The position numbers and the translations under genes are program-made. Below the pieces are notes generated by a model. It had not been told where the DNA came from, searched no databases, and saw only the letters and a program-made list of their open reading frames with translations. Positions 44,757 to 46,219 of a DNA stretch of 46,219 bases are shown one piece after another. Source of the DNA: Salisapilia sapeloensis CBS 127946 (taxonomy: Eukaryota > Protista > Oomycota); contig JAADVB010000153.1 of assembly GCA_023334545.1 (NCBI GenBank), positions 1 to 46,219 on the forward strand, given 5' to 3'. Position 1 is the stretch's first letter; each line of letters opens with the position of its first letter.

Positions 44757-45620
44757 ATGTCGCCACCTCCGAAGAGTGCCAAGAACGTCGGTCCGAAGGA
44801 CCTTGCTACCGGTGGTCTACTCCAATGCGTCGAGGCTGCGACCTTGGGCATGCCGTTCGAGGTATGGAAAACTCGAATGGGCCGATACCGTCATGAAACG
44901 ACGCTGCAATCCCTGCGGAACGTCGTAAAGGAGGGAAATGGCGTGTCAGCACTATGGGCCGGCACGGGTCCCAAGATGGTTGAATCTGCATCCAAAGGAG
45001 CCATCCTCCTGTTCTCCAAGGAGCTCCTTTCCGACTCGCTGCTTGCTGCTGGTGCGAGTCAAGGACTCACCGGTTTCGTCGCCGGAGCTGGCGGCGGTGT
45101 CTGCCAGGTCACGGTCATGGGTCCCTGTACGTTCCTGGTAACGGCTGCAGTCACTGGAGACAAATCGATCTCCACAAGCCAACGCGTCGCCAACGTCTAC
45201 AAGGCGCATGGTCTAAAGGGATTTTACCCTGGTGGTACTGCCATTGCCTTCCGTCAAGCAACAAACTGGGCATCTCGCCAAGGATTCACGGAAATCGTCC
45301 GTACGAGATTTAAAGTAATGTTCCACGGCGATAAAGACGCCAAGTTGACGGTTGCGCAGGAAGCTAGTGCTGGTATCGTCGGAGGTGCTCTGGCGTGTTG
45401 GAACCATCCGTTCGAAGTCGCTCGTATCCAAATGCAGTCTGCTGCAGACCGCGGAGAGCCCAAACAGAACATGATGCAAGTGTTCAACTCTGTGATCAAG
45501 ACACAGGGTGTTGGTGGACTCTTTAAGGGCATTGTCCCGCGACTCGGATTGGGCATTTGGCAGACGCTGTTCATGGTGACGGGTGCAAAGCTGCTTCGTC
45601 AGGCGATGGAGAAGAAGTGA
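44757..45620 (+). CDS. YHM2: Mitochondrial carrier, YHM2/Coc1-type citrate/2-oxoglutarate carrier, 287 aa, intronless
   Basis: Motifs EAATLGMPFEVWKT, ESASKGAILLF, RQATNWASR, WNHPFEVARIQMQS and PRLGLGIWQTLFMV closely track what I recall of yeast Yhm2p (EVTTLGQPLEVVKT, EASTKGAVLLF, RQMTNWGSR, WNQPIEVIRVEMQS, PRIGLGIWQTVFMV). Confidence 0.9.
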   Translation: MSPPPKSAKNVGPKDLATGGLLQCVEAATLGMPFEVWKTRMGRYRHETTLQSLRNVVKEGNGVSALWAGTGPKMVESASKGAILLFSKELLSDSLLAAGASQGLTGFVAGAGGGVCQVTVMGPCTFLVTAAVTGDKSISTSQRVANVYKAHGLKGFYPGGTAIAFRQATNWASRQGFTEIVRTRFKVMFHGDKDAKLTVAQEASAGIVGGALACWNHPFEVARIQMQSAADRGEPKQNMMQVFNSVIKTQGVGGLFKGIVPRLGLGIWQTLFMVTGAKLLRQAMEKK

Positions 45621-46219
45621 GGTTAGATGGATGGTTCTTTTGTTTTTCTTTTCTAGTGACGAGGCAAATATACATGAAATGGTTTGCCATAAGATATCCA
45701 TGCCTAGTTGTCTCTTTGTATTACTCTTACGTCGATGGACTTTTATACTTTGAGATCGAATGCTTTCGTATTGAGACACCGGTAGCGCTTTCAGTAGGAT
45801 TTTATGGATTTAGTGGACTGTAGATAGGCTTTGCTTTTGTGTTGACGCCGTAAGTCAGGAGCTGGTGTCACGGCCTTTGATGATACTTTCATGACTCGAC
45901 CGTCACTTCAACCACCTGATTGATAAGTAACAAGTATACAACATGTTGTCCCACGAAAGCAATGGTGGTAAGCCCTGCGATCTATTTTTAAGCTTATCCT
46001 TTAGTGCATCGTACCTTCGTACAACGATAGTGAGTGCAGCTAGTGAAAGTACTGCGCCAATTTCATGAGGGGTGAATGAGAAAGCTGAAGTCTATACGAA
46101 ACTGGAAACCAAAGTGGGAGTTTATTCGTGATGTCGAACTTACGGAGCAAAGTCCATATTCACTGTGGACTTTGTTCTGAGTCTACTATCTAGCCAAGCA
46201 GCTAGAACTATCTGTTATC

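Noticed and set aside
1-46219. rRNA, tRNA, CRISPR arrays, prophage or defence systems, transposase or RT remnants
   Set aside because: I saw no such sequence pattern by eye; a small degenerate element or snoRNA could have been missed without Infernal or RepeatMasker.

Overview
Eukaryotic, gene-dense genomic DNA, most likely from an oomycete (stramenopile). Support: short GT-AG introns of about 45-150 nt, exact oomycete INR+FPR core promoters (YCAYTYY-NN-MWTTTNC) upstream of two genes, a type-I KRE6/SKN1 protein and oomycete-type ABCC and Cys-rich secreted proteins. The species cannot be determined from the sequence. I can support about 19 protein genes, many split by introns and therefore fragmented or missed in the ORF track. 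Left to right: 5' part of a type-II membrane putative glycosyltransferase, KRE6-like GH16, ABCC transporter, small secreted Cys-rich protein, Nudix (CoA-diphosphatase-like), divergent canonical poly(A) polymerase, KIX/Med15-like coactivator, SLC35A nucleotide-sugar transporter, SAM methyltransferase, DUF4604-like protein, PiT/PHO4 phosphate transporter, an 8-exon (~2,009 aa) four-domain EEEE voltage-gated Ca2+ channel with two canonical N-terminal EF-hands, a head-to-head 1,038-aa repeat/coiled-coil protein, an unknown membrane protein, CDT1, then a block of SLC45/SUC-like sugar transporter > ATP-citrate lyase > < paralogous sugar transporter <> YHM2-type mitochondrial citrate/2-oxoglutarate carrier. 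The best candidates for an undescribed system are (1) the sugar-uptake / citrate-export / citrate-cleavage cluster and (2) the EF-hand Cav channel with its divergent partner. I found no rRNA, tRNA, CRISPR array or intact mobile element. All gene models were assembled by hand and family calls are from remembered motifs, not database searches.
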